From Bacteroidales bacterium (GTDB lineage: Bacteria > Bacteroidota > Bacteroidia > Bacteroidales > WCHB1-69): 64,000 bases of DNA. The stretch is taken from the NCBI GenBank assembly GCA_047638115.1, contig JBLJBB010000006.1:10247-74246 (forward strand), written 5' to 3'. The notes under the pieces are model-generated. The model was not told where the DNA came from and ran no database searches. It was given only the letters and a program-made list of their open reading frames with translations. How positions within the stretch are numbered: position 1 is the first letter of the stretch; each line of letters begins with the position of its first letter. The position numbers were made by a program, and so were the translations under genes. This document shows positions 29,600 to 38,886 of this stretch, one piece after another.

Positions 29600-31756
29600 A
29601 TGAAAAAACAAATTTTATTTACCCTTTTTTACCTATTATTAATTATGGGAAATGCAGAACAGAATATTACTCCAAAAACTAAAAATTTAAAGTTGAGTGA
29701 TCAAAATACCACAACAGATAAAAATGATATTCAAAACAATCCTCTTATTGCAGAATGGAAAACTCCTTTTCAAACGCCACCATTTGATATCATTCAATTA
29801 GAACACTATCTTCCTGCTTTTGAATATGCTATAAAAATAGCAAAAGATGAGATTTATATGATTGCAAATCAAAAATCTACACCAACTTTTGAAAATACGA
29901 TTGTTGCATTAGATCGTTCTGGATCATTGTTAAATAAAGTGTCTGGTGTGTTTTTTAACATGCTCTCTGCAAATACAAATCCTGAAATGCAAAAATTGGC
30001 TCAACAAATAAGTCCAATATTAACAACACACTCCAATGAATTATATCATAATATTCCTCTTTTCAAAAGAGTAATGGAAGTATATAAAACCAAAGATAAG
30101 TTGAAAAATGAAGAGGATCAAGTTTTGTTGGAGAAAACCTATAAAGCATTTGTAAATAGTGGCGCTCAATTAAGTGAACAAGATAAAGAGACTTACAATT
30201 CACTCTCTTTAGAGCTTTCAAAACTAACTTTATTGTTTGGTGAAAATGTATTAGCTGCTACCAATGAGTTTGAAGTTATTTTTTCAAGTGTTGAAGAATT
30301 AAAAGGAATCCCTGCAAATGCTTTAGCAATTGCTCAAGCGAAAGCAAAAGAAAAAGGGCATGACGGTTATTTGTTTGATTTATCAGCACCTAGTTATGGT
30401 GTTATCATGAAATATGCAGATGATCGTAAATTAAGAGAAAAATTCTTTATGCAATACAACACTAGAGCAACAAATGGTGAATATGACAATAAAAATACTA
30501 TTCATGAGATTGTTTCTTTAAGATATAAAATGGCTAATCTTTTAGGATATGAAACGTATGCTGATTATGTTCTTCAAGATAGAATGGCTGAGAATCCCAA
30601 AAATGTTTATAATTTATTAGATGAACTTCTAAAAGTGTCTTTGCCTATGGCCAAAAAAGAGATGGAAGAACTAACAACGTTTGCAAATTCAATAGGTCAT
30701 GAGGGGGCTCTTGAAAGATGGGATTTTACCTATTATTCAGAAATATACAAAAATAAAAAATTCGATTTAACAGATGAGATGTTAAAGCCATACTTTAAAT
30801 TAGAAAATGTTATTGATGGAGTTTTTAAGCTTACAAAGAAACTATATAACTTAACCTATAAATTGAATTCAAAAATTCCAGTTTATCATTCAGATGTGAA
30901 AGCGTATGAAGTTTATAGAGGAAAAGATTTTATGGGTGTTTTATATTTAGATTTTCATCCAAGAGCTTCTAAACGTGGAGGTGCATGGATGACGTCATTT
31001 AGAGAACAATCTATAGATATGAAAGGGAACAATATCAGACCACTTGTATCATTAGTTATGAACTTTACTCCATCAACTCCTGAAAGTCCATCTCTACTTA
31101 CTTTTGATGAGGTGACTACATTCCTTCATGAGTTTGGACACGGACTACACGGACTTCTTTCTAACGTAACTTATGAGTCAATTTCTGGAACAAGTGTTCC
31201 AAGAGATTTTGTTGAATTGCCTTCTCAGATTATGGAAAACTGGGCAACAGATCCAGAGTTTTTAAAAATGTTTGCATACCATTATAAAACTAAAAAGTTA
31301 ATTCCTCAAGAATTGATACAAAAATTAAAAGATGTTGACAACTATTTAGCTGGCTATTCATTCTGTCGTCAACTTTCATTTGGATATTTAGATATGATGT
31401 GGCACACAACTTTGCCTGAACAAATTATTGATGTTTTAGAAATGGAACGTAAAGCAACTTCAAATATGGAACTTTTCCCAATTGTAGATGGAACATGCAT
31501 GAGTACTTCGTTTAGTCACATTTTCGCAGGTGGTTATGCTGCTGGTTATTATGGATACAAATGGGCTGAAGTGCTTGATGCAGATGCTTATGCTTATTTC
31601 CAAGAAAAAGGGGTTTATAATAAAGAAGTAGCAGATTCATTTGTAGAAAATATTCTATCTAAAGGAGGTTCTAAAAAAGCAATGGATCTTTATATTCAAT
31701 TTAGAGGAAGAGAGCCAAAAGTAGACGCTTTGTTAAAAAGAAGTGGGTTGAAATAA
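29600..31756 (+). CDS. dcp: M3 family peptidyl-dipeptidase
   Basis: HEFGHGLHG zinc motif. M3A-like length and C-terminal GGYAAGYY, FRGREP motifs. Confidence 0.85.
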   Translation: MKKQILFTLFYLLLIMGNAEQNITPKTKNLKLSDQNTTTDKNDIQNNPLIAEWKTPFQTPPFDIIQLEHYLPAFEYAIKIAKDEIYMIANQKSTPTFENTIVALDRSGSLLNKVSGVFFNMLSANTNPEMQKLAQQISPILTTHSNELYHNIPLFKRVMEVYKTKDKLKNEEDQVLLEKTYKAFVNSGAQLSEQDKETYNSLSLELSKLTLLFGENVLAATNEFEVIFSSVEELKGIPANALAIAQAKAKEKGHDGYLFDLSAPSYGVIMKYADDRKLREKFFMQYNTRATNGEYDNKNTIHEIVSLRYKMANLLGYETYADYVLQDRMAENPKNVYNLLDELLKVSLPMAKKEMEELTTFANSIGHEGALERWDFTYYSEIYKNKKFDLTDEMLKPYFKLENVIDGVFKLTKKLYNLTYKLNSKIPVYHSDVKAYEVYRGKDFMGVLYLDFHPRASKRGGAWMTSFREQSIDMKGNNIRPLVSLVMNFTPSTPESPSLLTFDEVTTFLHEFGHGLHGLLSNVTYESISGTSVPRDFVELPSQIMENWATDPEFLKMFAYHYKTKKLIPQELIQKLKDVDNYLAGYSFCRQLSFGYLDMMWHTTLPEQIIDVLEMERKATSNMELFPIVDGTCMSTSFSHIFAGGYAAGYYGYKWAEVLDADAYAYFQEKGVYNKEVADSFVENILSKGGSKKAMDLYIQFRGREPKVDALLKRSGLK

Positions 31757-31802
31757 TTGTTAAATTTATAGGAAAATAATTTTTAATTTAAAGATTTTTT
31801 CT

Positions 31803-31810
31803 TATATTTG
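31803..31810 (+). promoter_or_regulatory. -7 box TATATTTG upstream of kdd
   Basis: TAnnTTTG match 78 nt upstream of ATG 31889. Confidence 0.4.
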
Positions 31811-31888
31811 CCCGTTAATTTTTTTAAAAATAAATAAGTATTAAATTGCTTTATATCAACAAATTATAAATTACTAATAATCAAAAAA

Positions 31889-32932
31889 ATGCAAAAAAAA
31901 GGAAACAAATACGGAACGCACCGCGTCATTGAACCTGTAGGTGTATTACCACAACCAGCCGATAGAATCGATAACAATATGGACGAGATTTTTGACAATG
32001 AAATCTTAATTGATGTTCAAACTCTTAATGTTGATTCAGCATCTTTCACTCAAATTAAAGAACAAGCAGGTGGAGATCATGAAAAAATTAAAGAGATCAT
32101 GTTAGGCATTGTTGCAAAACAAGGAAAACATAGAAATCCAGTTACAGGTTCAGGTGGTATGCTTTTAGGTACTGTTGAGAAAATTGGAGATGCTCTTAAA
32201 GGGAAAATTGACCTTAAAGAGGGAGATAAAATCGCTACTTTAGTTTCTTTATCACTTACACCATTAAGAATTGACAAAATTAAAGATATCCGCGACTCCA
32301 TTGACCAAGTGGATATTGATGGAAAAGCGATCCTTTTCGAAAGTGGAATATATGCTAAAATTCCTGCTGATATGCCAGAAACACTTGCACTATCTGCACT
32401 TGATGTAGCAGGGGCTCCTGCACAGACTGCAAAACTTTGCAAACCTGGCCAAACCGTTCTTATTATTGGTGCTGGAGGAAAATCTGGTATGCTTTGTTGC
32501 TATGAAGCTAAAAAACGCGTTGGTGTTACTGGTAAAGTAATTGGAATGTGTGGAAGTAAAAGTTCAGCTGAAAGATTAGAAAAACTAGGTTTCTGTCATG
32601 AAATTTTTGTTGGAAATGCAAAAGATCCAGTAGCTATGATGACAAAAATCGAGGAGCTAACCAATGGGCAAATGGCTGATTTAACCATCAATAACGTGAA
32701 TGTACCTGATACTGAAATGACAAGTATTCTTTGTACTAAAAATGATGGTTTAGTTTATTTCTTCTCTATGGCAACCAGCTTCACAAAAGCAGCTTTAGGT
32801 GCTGAAGGTGTTGGAAGTGATGTAACCATGATTGTTGGAAATGGATACACAAAGGATCATGCAGAAATCACGTTAGAACTTCTACGCGAAAGCAAAGAAT
32901 TACGTGATATGTTTACTGAACTTTACGCATAA
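31889..32932 (+). CDS. kdd: L-erythro-3,5-diaminohexanoate dehydrogenase (lysine fermentation)
   Basis: N-terminus GNKYGTHRVIEPVGVLPQPADRIDN and Rossmann GAGGKSG, recalled as typical of Kdd. 347 aa. Confidence 0.7.
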   Translation: MQKKGNKYGTHRVIEPVGVLPQPADRIDNNMDEIFDNEILIDVQTLNVDSASFTQIKEQAGGDHEKIKEIMLGIVAKQGKHRNPVTGSGGMLLGTVEKIGDALKGKIDLKEGDKIATLVSLSLTPLRIDKIKDIRDSIDQVDIDGKAILFESGIYAKIPADMPETLALSALDVAGAPAQTAKLCKPGQTVLIIGAGGKSGMLCCYEAKKRVGVTGKVIGMCGSKSSAERLEKLGFCHEIFVGNAKDPVAMMTKIEELTNGQMADLTINNVNVPDTEMTSILCTKNDGLVYFFSMATSFTKAALGAEGVGSDVTMIVGNGYTKDHAEITLELLRESKELRDMFTELYA

Positions 32933-32954
32933 TTTTTAATATTTTGCATAAAAA

Positions 32955-32984
32955 AAAGGCCCCAATTTGAGGCCTTTTTTTTTA
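32955..32984. terminator. bidirectional terminator between convergent kdd and the M20 dipeptidase
   Basis: Stem AAAGGCC/GGCCTTT flanked by an A-run and a T-run. Confidence 0.7.
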
Positions 32985-33006
32985 TGTATTTAGGTGAAAC
33001 AGAGAA

Positions 33007-34380
33007 CTATTTCTTTGTCATCTCTGCAAAATGTTTATAGAAATGAGGAACAGTTTCAATCCCTTTGAAGAATTGTTCTAATGGGAAACATTCGTTTGGT
33101 GAATGGATACCATCTTCTTCTAAACCAAAACCTAATAAAATAGATTTTATGCCTAAAATAGATTCAAAACCTGCAATAATTGGAATAGAACCACCACTTC
33201 TAGATGGTAAAGTGATTTTGCCATAAGTTTCCATAATCGCTTTTTCTGCAGCTTTGTATGCAGGAAGATCGATAGGAGATACATAAGCAGGACCACCATG
33301 ATGTTGCGTTACAGTTACCGTTACATAATCTGGAGCAATCGATTCAAAATGTTTTTTGAAAAGTTCCATAATCTTATTATGATCTTGGTTTGGCACAATT
33401 CTCATGGATACTTTTGCATTCGCTTCAGAAGGTAAAACTGTTTTAGATCCTTCTCCAATATATCCACCCCACATACCACAAATATCAAAAGATGGTCTGA
33501 TGGTAGATCTCTCTAATGTAGAAAAACCTTTTTCACCATAAACCTCTTTAAGACCAATCATATCTTTATATTCTTGTTCATCAAATGGAGCTTGAGCCAT
33601 AAGATCTCGCTCTTCTCTAGAGATTTCTAATACATCGTCATAGAATCCAGGAACAGTAATTTTTCCATCTTCGTCTACCATAGAGGTCAACATTTTGCAA
33701 AGAACATTAATTGGATTAGCAACAGAGCCACCAAAAACACCAGAATGTAAATCTCTATTAGGACCAACAACTTTAATTTCTAAATAAGTTAATCCACGTA
33801 AACCAATATTGATAGATGGAACATCAGCAGCGATCATACTTGTATCTGAAACTAAGATAACATCAGCATGTAACTTTTGTTTGTTGTTTTCACAAAAAGT
33901 ATATAAATTGTTACTTCCAATCTCTTCTTCACCTTCAATCATAAACTTCACATTACAAGGAAGTTGATTGGTTCTTACCATATATTCAAATGCTTTAGCA
34001 TGAATAAAGGATTGCCCTTTGTCATCATCAGCACCACGAGCAAATATTTTACCATCAATAATTGTAGGTTCAAAAGGTGGTGTTTTCCATAAATCTAGTG
34101 GTTCAACAGGCATAACGTCATAATGCCCATAAACTAAAACAGTTGGAGCATTTGGGTCAATCATTTTTTCTCCGTAAACAATAGGGGCACCCTCTGTTTG
34201 GTGAATTTCTGTAAAATCAGCACCAGCTTCTTTAATAAGTTCCGCCCAACGTTCTGCACAGCGTTGCATGTCAGGTTTGTTTTCAGATTTTGATGATACA
34301 GAAGGGATTCTGATTAAAGAAAAAAGTTCATCAAGAAATCGATCTTTGTTAGTTTCAATGTAATTTTTTAAGTCGTTCAT
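33007..34380 (-). CDS. M20 family dipeptidase
   Basis: LIRIPSVSS, YGHYDVMPV, ARGADDDKG, IEGEEEIGS metal-ligand blocks of M20/M25/M40 enzymes. Confidence 0.8.
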   Translation of the reverse strand: MNDLKNYIETNKDRFLDELFSLIRIPSVSSKSENKPDMQRCAERWAELIKEAGADFTEIHQTEGAPIVYGEKMIDPNAPTVLVYGHYDVMPVEPLDLWKTPPFEPTIIDGKIFARGADDDKGQSFIHAKAFEYMVRTNQLPCNVKFMIEGEEEIGSNNLYTFCENNKQKLHADVILVSDTSMIAADVPSINIGLRGLTYLEIKVVGPNRDLHSGVFGGSVANPINVLCKMLTSMVDEDGKITVPGFYDDVLEISREERDLMAQAPFDEQEYKDMIGLKEVYGEKGFSTLERSTIRPSFDICGMWGGYIGEGSKTVLPSEANAKVSMRIVPNQDHNKIMELFKKHFESIAPDYVTVTVTQHHGGPAYVSPIDLPAYKAAEKAIMETYGKITLPSRSGGSIPIIAGFESILGIKSILLGFGLEEDGIHSPNECFPLEQFFKGIETVPHFYKHFAEMTKK

Positions 34381-34493
34381 TTTTTATGGTTTAAATTATA
34401 AATATTCTAGTGCAAAGGTACAAAAATTGATTTAATAAATTCAATTTTTTTATAATTTTTATGAATTATTAAAACTAAGAAGAGTACCAAATA

Positions 34494-37049
34494 TTATAGA
34501 TAAGGGACAGTGAAATAAAAAGTTGACCCGATTTGTTCTTCACTTTCAACCCAAATTTCACCCCCTAACATCTCTACATACGCTTTAGTTATGGCTAATC
34601 CCAGTCCAGCACCTTGTCGAGCCATTTTATCAGTTATATCAGCTTGAATAAAACGTTCAAAAATTGCAATTTGTCGATCTTTGGGAATTCCTATGCCACT
34701 ATCTTTAATATAAAACTCTAATATATGTGGGTATTTATTCTGATTGAGAACATACCCAAACTCGATGAACCCTTTTTCAGTAAATTTGATGGCATTTTTA
34801 ACTAAATTTGTTAAAATTGCGTATATCTTTTCAGTGTCAGTGCTAATTTGTGATTCTTTAAAAGAGAGTCCTGGTTTATATGAAAACTTAATATTTTTTC
34901 TATCCATTTCTGGTTTAAAGAAAGTGTAAATATATTCAAGTTGTTCATTAATATTAGATTTTTGAATATTTAATTTGATTAATCCTGCTTCAATTTTGGA
35001 TATATCAATAATATCATTAATGATATTTAATAAACGAGCGCCGCTTTTTTCTATTATTTCTATGTATGCATGTTGTTTATCTCCAGAAAGACCAGGTTCC
35101 TTTAGCAATTCAGAAAAACCTAAAATTCCATTCATTGGAGTACGAATTTCATGACTCATATTAGCAAGAAATGCAGATTTGAGACGGTCGCTTTCTAATG
35201 CATTATTTTTTGCAATGAGAAGTTCTTCATTTGTATGAAGAAGTATCTTGTTCTGGGTATTGATCTCATCACTTTTTTCCTGTAGTATTCTTTCTGCTTT
35301 TTTCCTTTCTGTAATATCGTTCGTAATTCCAATGAGAGCAACCGGATCACCATTTTCATCGCGAATTACAGAAGTAGACACATTTACAGGGAATTCAGTG
35401 CCATCTTTCTTAATGTTTAAGAGTTCGCCGTTCCACCCACCTTGAATGGTTGAGGGTAAAATCTCAGAAACAACATGTAATGGATTGTTGTTGGAGCGAA
35501 TTATACTGATGTTTTTTCCAATGAGTTCACCCTCTTCATAATTGTATGTTTTTAAAAATGCATTATTTACAAATATAATATTGTCTTTCATATCTGTGAT
35601 GCTCACACATTCAGAAATACTTCGGATTGCATGTGCTAACATTGAGATTGTTTGTTCTGACTTTTTATATTCTGAGATATTTCTTACAATAACTTGAAGG
35701 TGGTTTTTCCCTTCAATACTCAATGCATTTAGGCGAACTTCAGCCGTAAAAGTAGATCCATCTAATCTGCAATGTTCCCATTCAAAAAATTGTGATTCTC
35801 CCTTCAATGCAAGAGCAATCCTAGAGTTTGCCTCCTTTGTAGAAGATAATCCATTCGGTTGAATTTGTGGGGAGAATTTTGCAGGAGATGAGCCAATAAT
35901 TTGATCCCTATTGCAATTAAAAAGAGTTAAAGCAGCATTATTACAATCAACAAAAACACCTTCTGCAATAAGCATATTAACATCATTGGAGGTTTCAAAA
36001 AGTGCATGATATTTCATTTCACTTTCGATCAAAGCATTTTCAATTTTTACACGTTTAGTAATATCATTAAAACTTATTACAATTTCAATAATATTTTTCT
36101 GATTATCAAACGCTGGAAATCCATTAACTGAAACCCAAACAATATTTTCTTGTTCTGGTTGAATAATCCCATAGATAATATTTTTGATCGGTTTTTTTGA
36201 AGAAAGGATAAAGTTTACAGGATAATTTTCAAAAAGTAGGGGTTTCTGATCTTTTCCAACAAATTTCCAATTTGGATCAATAGCATCTCTCCCTAACAAT
36301 TGTTCTGAATTTAAACCGAGTATTTCACAAGATTTTGGATTAACCTGAATAATTGAAGTATCAGGAGCATGAACAACAATCCCAGTTTCAAGATTATCTA
36401 GCAAATTACTAAAACGCATTTTATCATTTTGAATCAACTGTAAGTTAAGTCCATTAATTCTCTTGTTTTCTGCAAGTTGATCTTTAAGCATTTTGTTTCG
36501 ATATGCCTTTTCAGACAACTCGTTAGCAAAGAAAAATAATAAATCTGCTATTTTTCGAAACTGATCTTCAGTCATCACTGGTACTTCGTAGTAGGCAAGT
36601 TTAAATTCTTCAATATCTGCACCAATTTCAGCAGCATATTGAAATACTTTCTCTTCATCAACATTATCATTGCGAACCTGACCAATCAGCCAATTTGCAA
36701 TATGAGTTCCAGCTACTGTAATTGAAACACCTGCATCCCATAATCCACCACTCAAACAAGTTTGAACATTGGGTCCATTAGGATTATAACCTCCAATTAC
36801 AGCATCAGAATGGTAACAATTTGAACACCCCTTTTCTGTTTTTCGAATGATATCTATACATAATCTAGTAAAGTTTGTTGCTTGTGTTATTGGTGTTCCA
36901 TCTGTATGTGTGATTATTGATGCTACGCCATGCGCATTGGTAAATGCGTCTTGGAACCGCTGTATTTCTGAAATATCTAAAATGTCACTTAATGCGGTAG
37001 TATGAAACTCTTGCAAAATATCGATTTCTAGATGGTTTTGTTCAATCAT
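34494..37049 (-). CDS. sensor histidine kinase with N-terminal PocR sensory domain and multiple PAS domains
   Basis: PocR-like N-terminus (FQDAFTNAHGVASIITHTDGTPIT..CSNCYHSD). Three or four PAS-like segments. HisKA H-box FLANMSHEIRTPMNGI. HATPase_c N/G boxes (LVKNAIKFT, DSGIGI, GAGLGLAI). No receiver domain. Confidence 0.85.
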   Translation of the reverse strand: MIEQNHLEIDILQEFHTTALSDILDISEIQRFQDAFTNAHGVASIITHTDGTPITQATNFTRLCIDIIRKTEKGCSNCYHSDAVIGGYNPNGPNVQTCLSGGLWDAGVSITVAGTHIANWLIGQVRNDNVDEEKVFQYAAEIGADIEEFKLAYYEVPVMTEDQFRKIADLLFFFANELSEKAYRNKMLKDQLAENKRINGLNLQLIQNDKMRFSNLLDNLETGIVVHAPDTSIIQVNPKSCEILGLNSEQLLGRDAIDPNWKFVGKDQKPLLFENYPVNFILSSKKPIKNIIYGIIQPEQENIVWVSVNGFPAFDNQKNIIEIVISFNDITKRVKIENALIESEMKYHALFETSNDVNMLIAEGVFVDCNNAALTLFNCNRDQIIGSSPAKFSPQIQPNGLSSTKEANSRIALALKGESQFFEWEHCRLDGSTFTAEVRLNALSIEGKNHLQVIVRNISEYKKSEQTISMLAHAIRSISECVSITDMKDNIIFVNNAFLKTYNYEEGELIGKNISIIRSNNNPLHVVSEILPSTIQGGWNGELLNIKKDGTEFPVNVSTSVIRDENGDPVALIGITNDITERKKAERILQEKSDEINTQNKILLHTNEELLIAKNNALESDRLKSAFLANMSHEIRTPMNGILGFSELLKEPGLSGDKQHAYIEIIEKSGARLLNIINDIIDISKIEAGLIKLNIQKSNINEQLEYIYTFFKPEMDRKNIKFSYKPGLSFKESQISTDTEKIYAILTNLVKNAIKFTEKGFIEFGYVLNQNKYPHILEFYIKDSGIGIPKDRQIAIFERFIQADITDKMARQGAGLGLAITKAYVEMLGGEIWVESEEQIGSTFYFTVPYL

Positions 37050-37353
37050 TTTTAAATTCGTTTTTACATTTAACTGCTATAATTTTTATAATTATTTTTT
37101 GCAATGTACACATTGACAATATTTTGTGTTTTGTACATTTGAGCTCAAATTAACCAATCCCTATTACAAGAAATGAATTAAGATACTTAAAGACTAACAT
37201 GCAAATATACCATTTTTTTGAGATAATATTTTGAAATTAAATATATTTTTTTCAACAGAGCTATTCTTTCTTAAGTTGACCAAAAGTTAATAATATCAAA
37301 AAAAGAGAGCTTGGAATAAAAAAAATTGAATTTATAAATTGATTTTTTTTATG

Positions 37354-37361
37354 TACATTTG
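37354..37361 (+). promoter_or_regulatory. -7 box TACATTTG about 400 nt upstream of msrB-msrA (long leader or separate small transcript)
   Basis: TAnnTTTG match. A second TACATTTG lies at 37134-37141. No annotated gene between them and 37766. Confidence 0.3.
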
Positions 37362-37602
37362 CATACGAATGGGGAGTGATAACTACAACCAAAGAATTCA
37401 TGATATATCCTACCACAATTCCCCGTTTCAGTATTGGGTATAACAGAAATTTATGGAGTTTTATATAAATTATGTTAATAATTTAATATATACCTATTAT
37501 TCACAAAATTTAAAAATTGAACTCAGTTCTGGAGAAATTCAATTAAGTGTAATTAAAAGATTTGAAAAGATCCCATTTTTAAAATAACACAAACTTTTTT
37601 AC

Positions 37603-37675
37603 CCCTTCGCCCTTCGCCCTTTGCCCTTTGCCCTTTGCCCTTCGCCCTTCGCCCTTTACCCTTCGCCCTTCGCCC
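37603..37675. repeat. tandem heptamer array (CCCTTYG)x10 plus a terminal CCC
   Basis: Counted by hand: 11 CCC runs, each separated by exactly 4 nt. This is G3N4 on the minus strand. Confidence 0.95.
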
Positions 37676-37765
37676 AATATAATTGAACCCATCAAAGCTT
37701 TCTATTGAAAGAATCAATAAAATTTTTTCAAATAAAAGCGTTACTTTTGAAAACGCAAATTTTTT

Positions 37766-38791
37766 ATGAAAAAATTAGTGCAAACATCGATATTACTAGT
37801 AACTTTGTTTTTAGGAAGTTGCACCAATGCGCAAACGGATTTGAAAACAAATACAACCAAAGATAAAAATGATATGAAAAATATGACTGACAAAGAGTGG
37901 AAAGAGATACTAAACGAAGAACAATACTATATTCTACGTGAAAAAGGTACAGAGCGCCCTTATACTGGAGAATTCTACCTCCACAAAGAGAAAGGGGTTT
38001 ATAAATGTGCTGGTTGTGGATTAGAACTATTCACCGATGATATGAAGTTTGAATCAGATTGCGGATGGCCTAGCTTTGACCGTGAAATAGAAGGGGGTAA
38101 AATCAAGCAAACTATAGACAAATCTCATGGAATGATGAGAACCGAGATCACTTGTGCCAATTGTGGTGGTCACCTGGGACATATTTTTGACGATGGCCCT
38201 ACCCAAACAGGTCAACGCTATTGTGTGAACTCCGCTTCACTCACTTTTGAACCAGCACATGCTATGGATACAATAACATTAGGTGCCGGATGCTTCTGGT
38301 GTGTGGAAGCCGCTTTTGATAAACTGAAAGGGGTGGTCTCAGCTCAATCTGGGTATAGTGGGGGAGTGGTTAAAAATCCAACCTATCGCGAAGTGTGTAC
38401 CGGAACAACGGAACATGCAGAAGTAGTACAGATCGTTTTTGACCCAAAAATCATCTCTTTAGAGAAAATTCTGGAGATCTTTTTTACCATACACAATCCA
38501 ACAACCTTAAACAGACAAGGAGGAGACGTAGGAACCCAATACAGATCAGCCATTTTTTACCATAACGATACACAAAAAGAACTGGCAACGAAAATTATTG
38601 CAAAGCTAAATGCTGAAAAAGTGTTTCCAGATCCAATTGTTACGGAAGTTACTCAATTCTCAAACTTCTACAAAGCTGAAAATTACCATCAGGAGTATTA
38701 CGAACTCAATCAGCAAGAACCCTATTGTCAGTTTGTTGTAAAACCCAAACTCGATAAGTTCTATAAAACCTATAAAGAGTTTCTAAAATAA
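37766..38791 (+). CDS. msrBA: bifunctional methionine sulfoxide reductase, MsrB-MsrA fusion, lipoprotein
   Basis: Lipobox FLGSCTNA. MsrB zinc CxxC pairs (CAGCG, CANCGGHLGH) and RYCVNS. MsrA GAGCFWC active site. Confidence 0.9.
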   Translation: MKKLVQTSILLVTLFLGSCTNAQTDLKTNTTKDKNDMKNMTDKEWKEILNEEQYYILREKGTERPYTGEFYLHKEKGVYKCAGCGLELFTDDMKFESDCGWPSFDREIEGGKIKQTIDKSHGMMRTEITCANCGGHLGHIFDDGPTQTGQRYCVNSASLTFEPAHAMDTITLGAGCFWCVEAAFDKLKGVVSAQSGYSGGVVKNPTYREVCTGTTEHAEVVQIVFDPKIISLEKILEIFFTIHNPTTLNRQGGDVGTQYRSAIFYHNDTQKELATKIIAKLNAEKVFPDPIVTEVTQFSNFYKAENYHQEYYELNQQEPYCQFVVKPKLDKFYKTYKEFLK

Positions 38792-38795
38792 AAAA

Positions 38796-38822
38796 AAGTT
38801 GGAGGGGACTCCAACTTTTTTA
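38796..38822 (+). terminator. rho-independent terminator after msrB-msrA
   Basis: Stem AAGTTGGA/TCCAACTT, loop GGGGAC, T-run. Confidence 0.7.
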
Positions 38823-38886
38823 ATTAGCTTATTAGCTTATTAGCTTATTAGCTTATTAGCTTATTATCACATTAGCTCATTATTTC
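38823..38886. repeat. tandem octamer array (ATTAGCTT)x5 + ATTATCAC ATTAGCTC ATTATTTC
   Basis: Counted by hand. The last unit overlaps the TAA stop (38880-38882) of the minus-strand PLP enzyme gene. Confidence 0.95.

Noticed and set aside
32077-32442. 121-aa antisense ORF inside kdd.
   Set aside because: It lies fully within a well-supported CDS. Its Ser/Ala/Pro-rich translation is typical of the antisense strand of a relatively GC-richer gene.
37453-37587. 44-codon ORF (MEFYINYVNNLIYTYYSQNLKIELSSGEIQLSVIKRFEKIPFLK) in the msr leader.
   Set aside because: There is no recognisable motif or ribosome-binding context, and it cannot be told apart from chance in AT-rich DNA. It is mentioned under the leader finding but not called as a gene.
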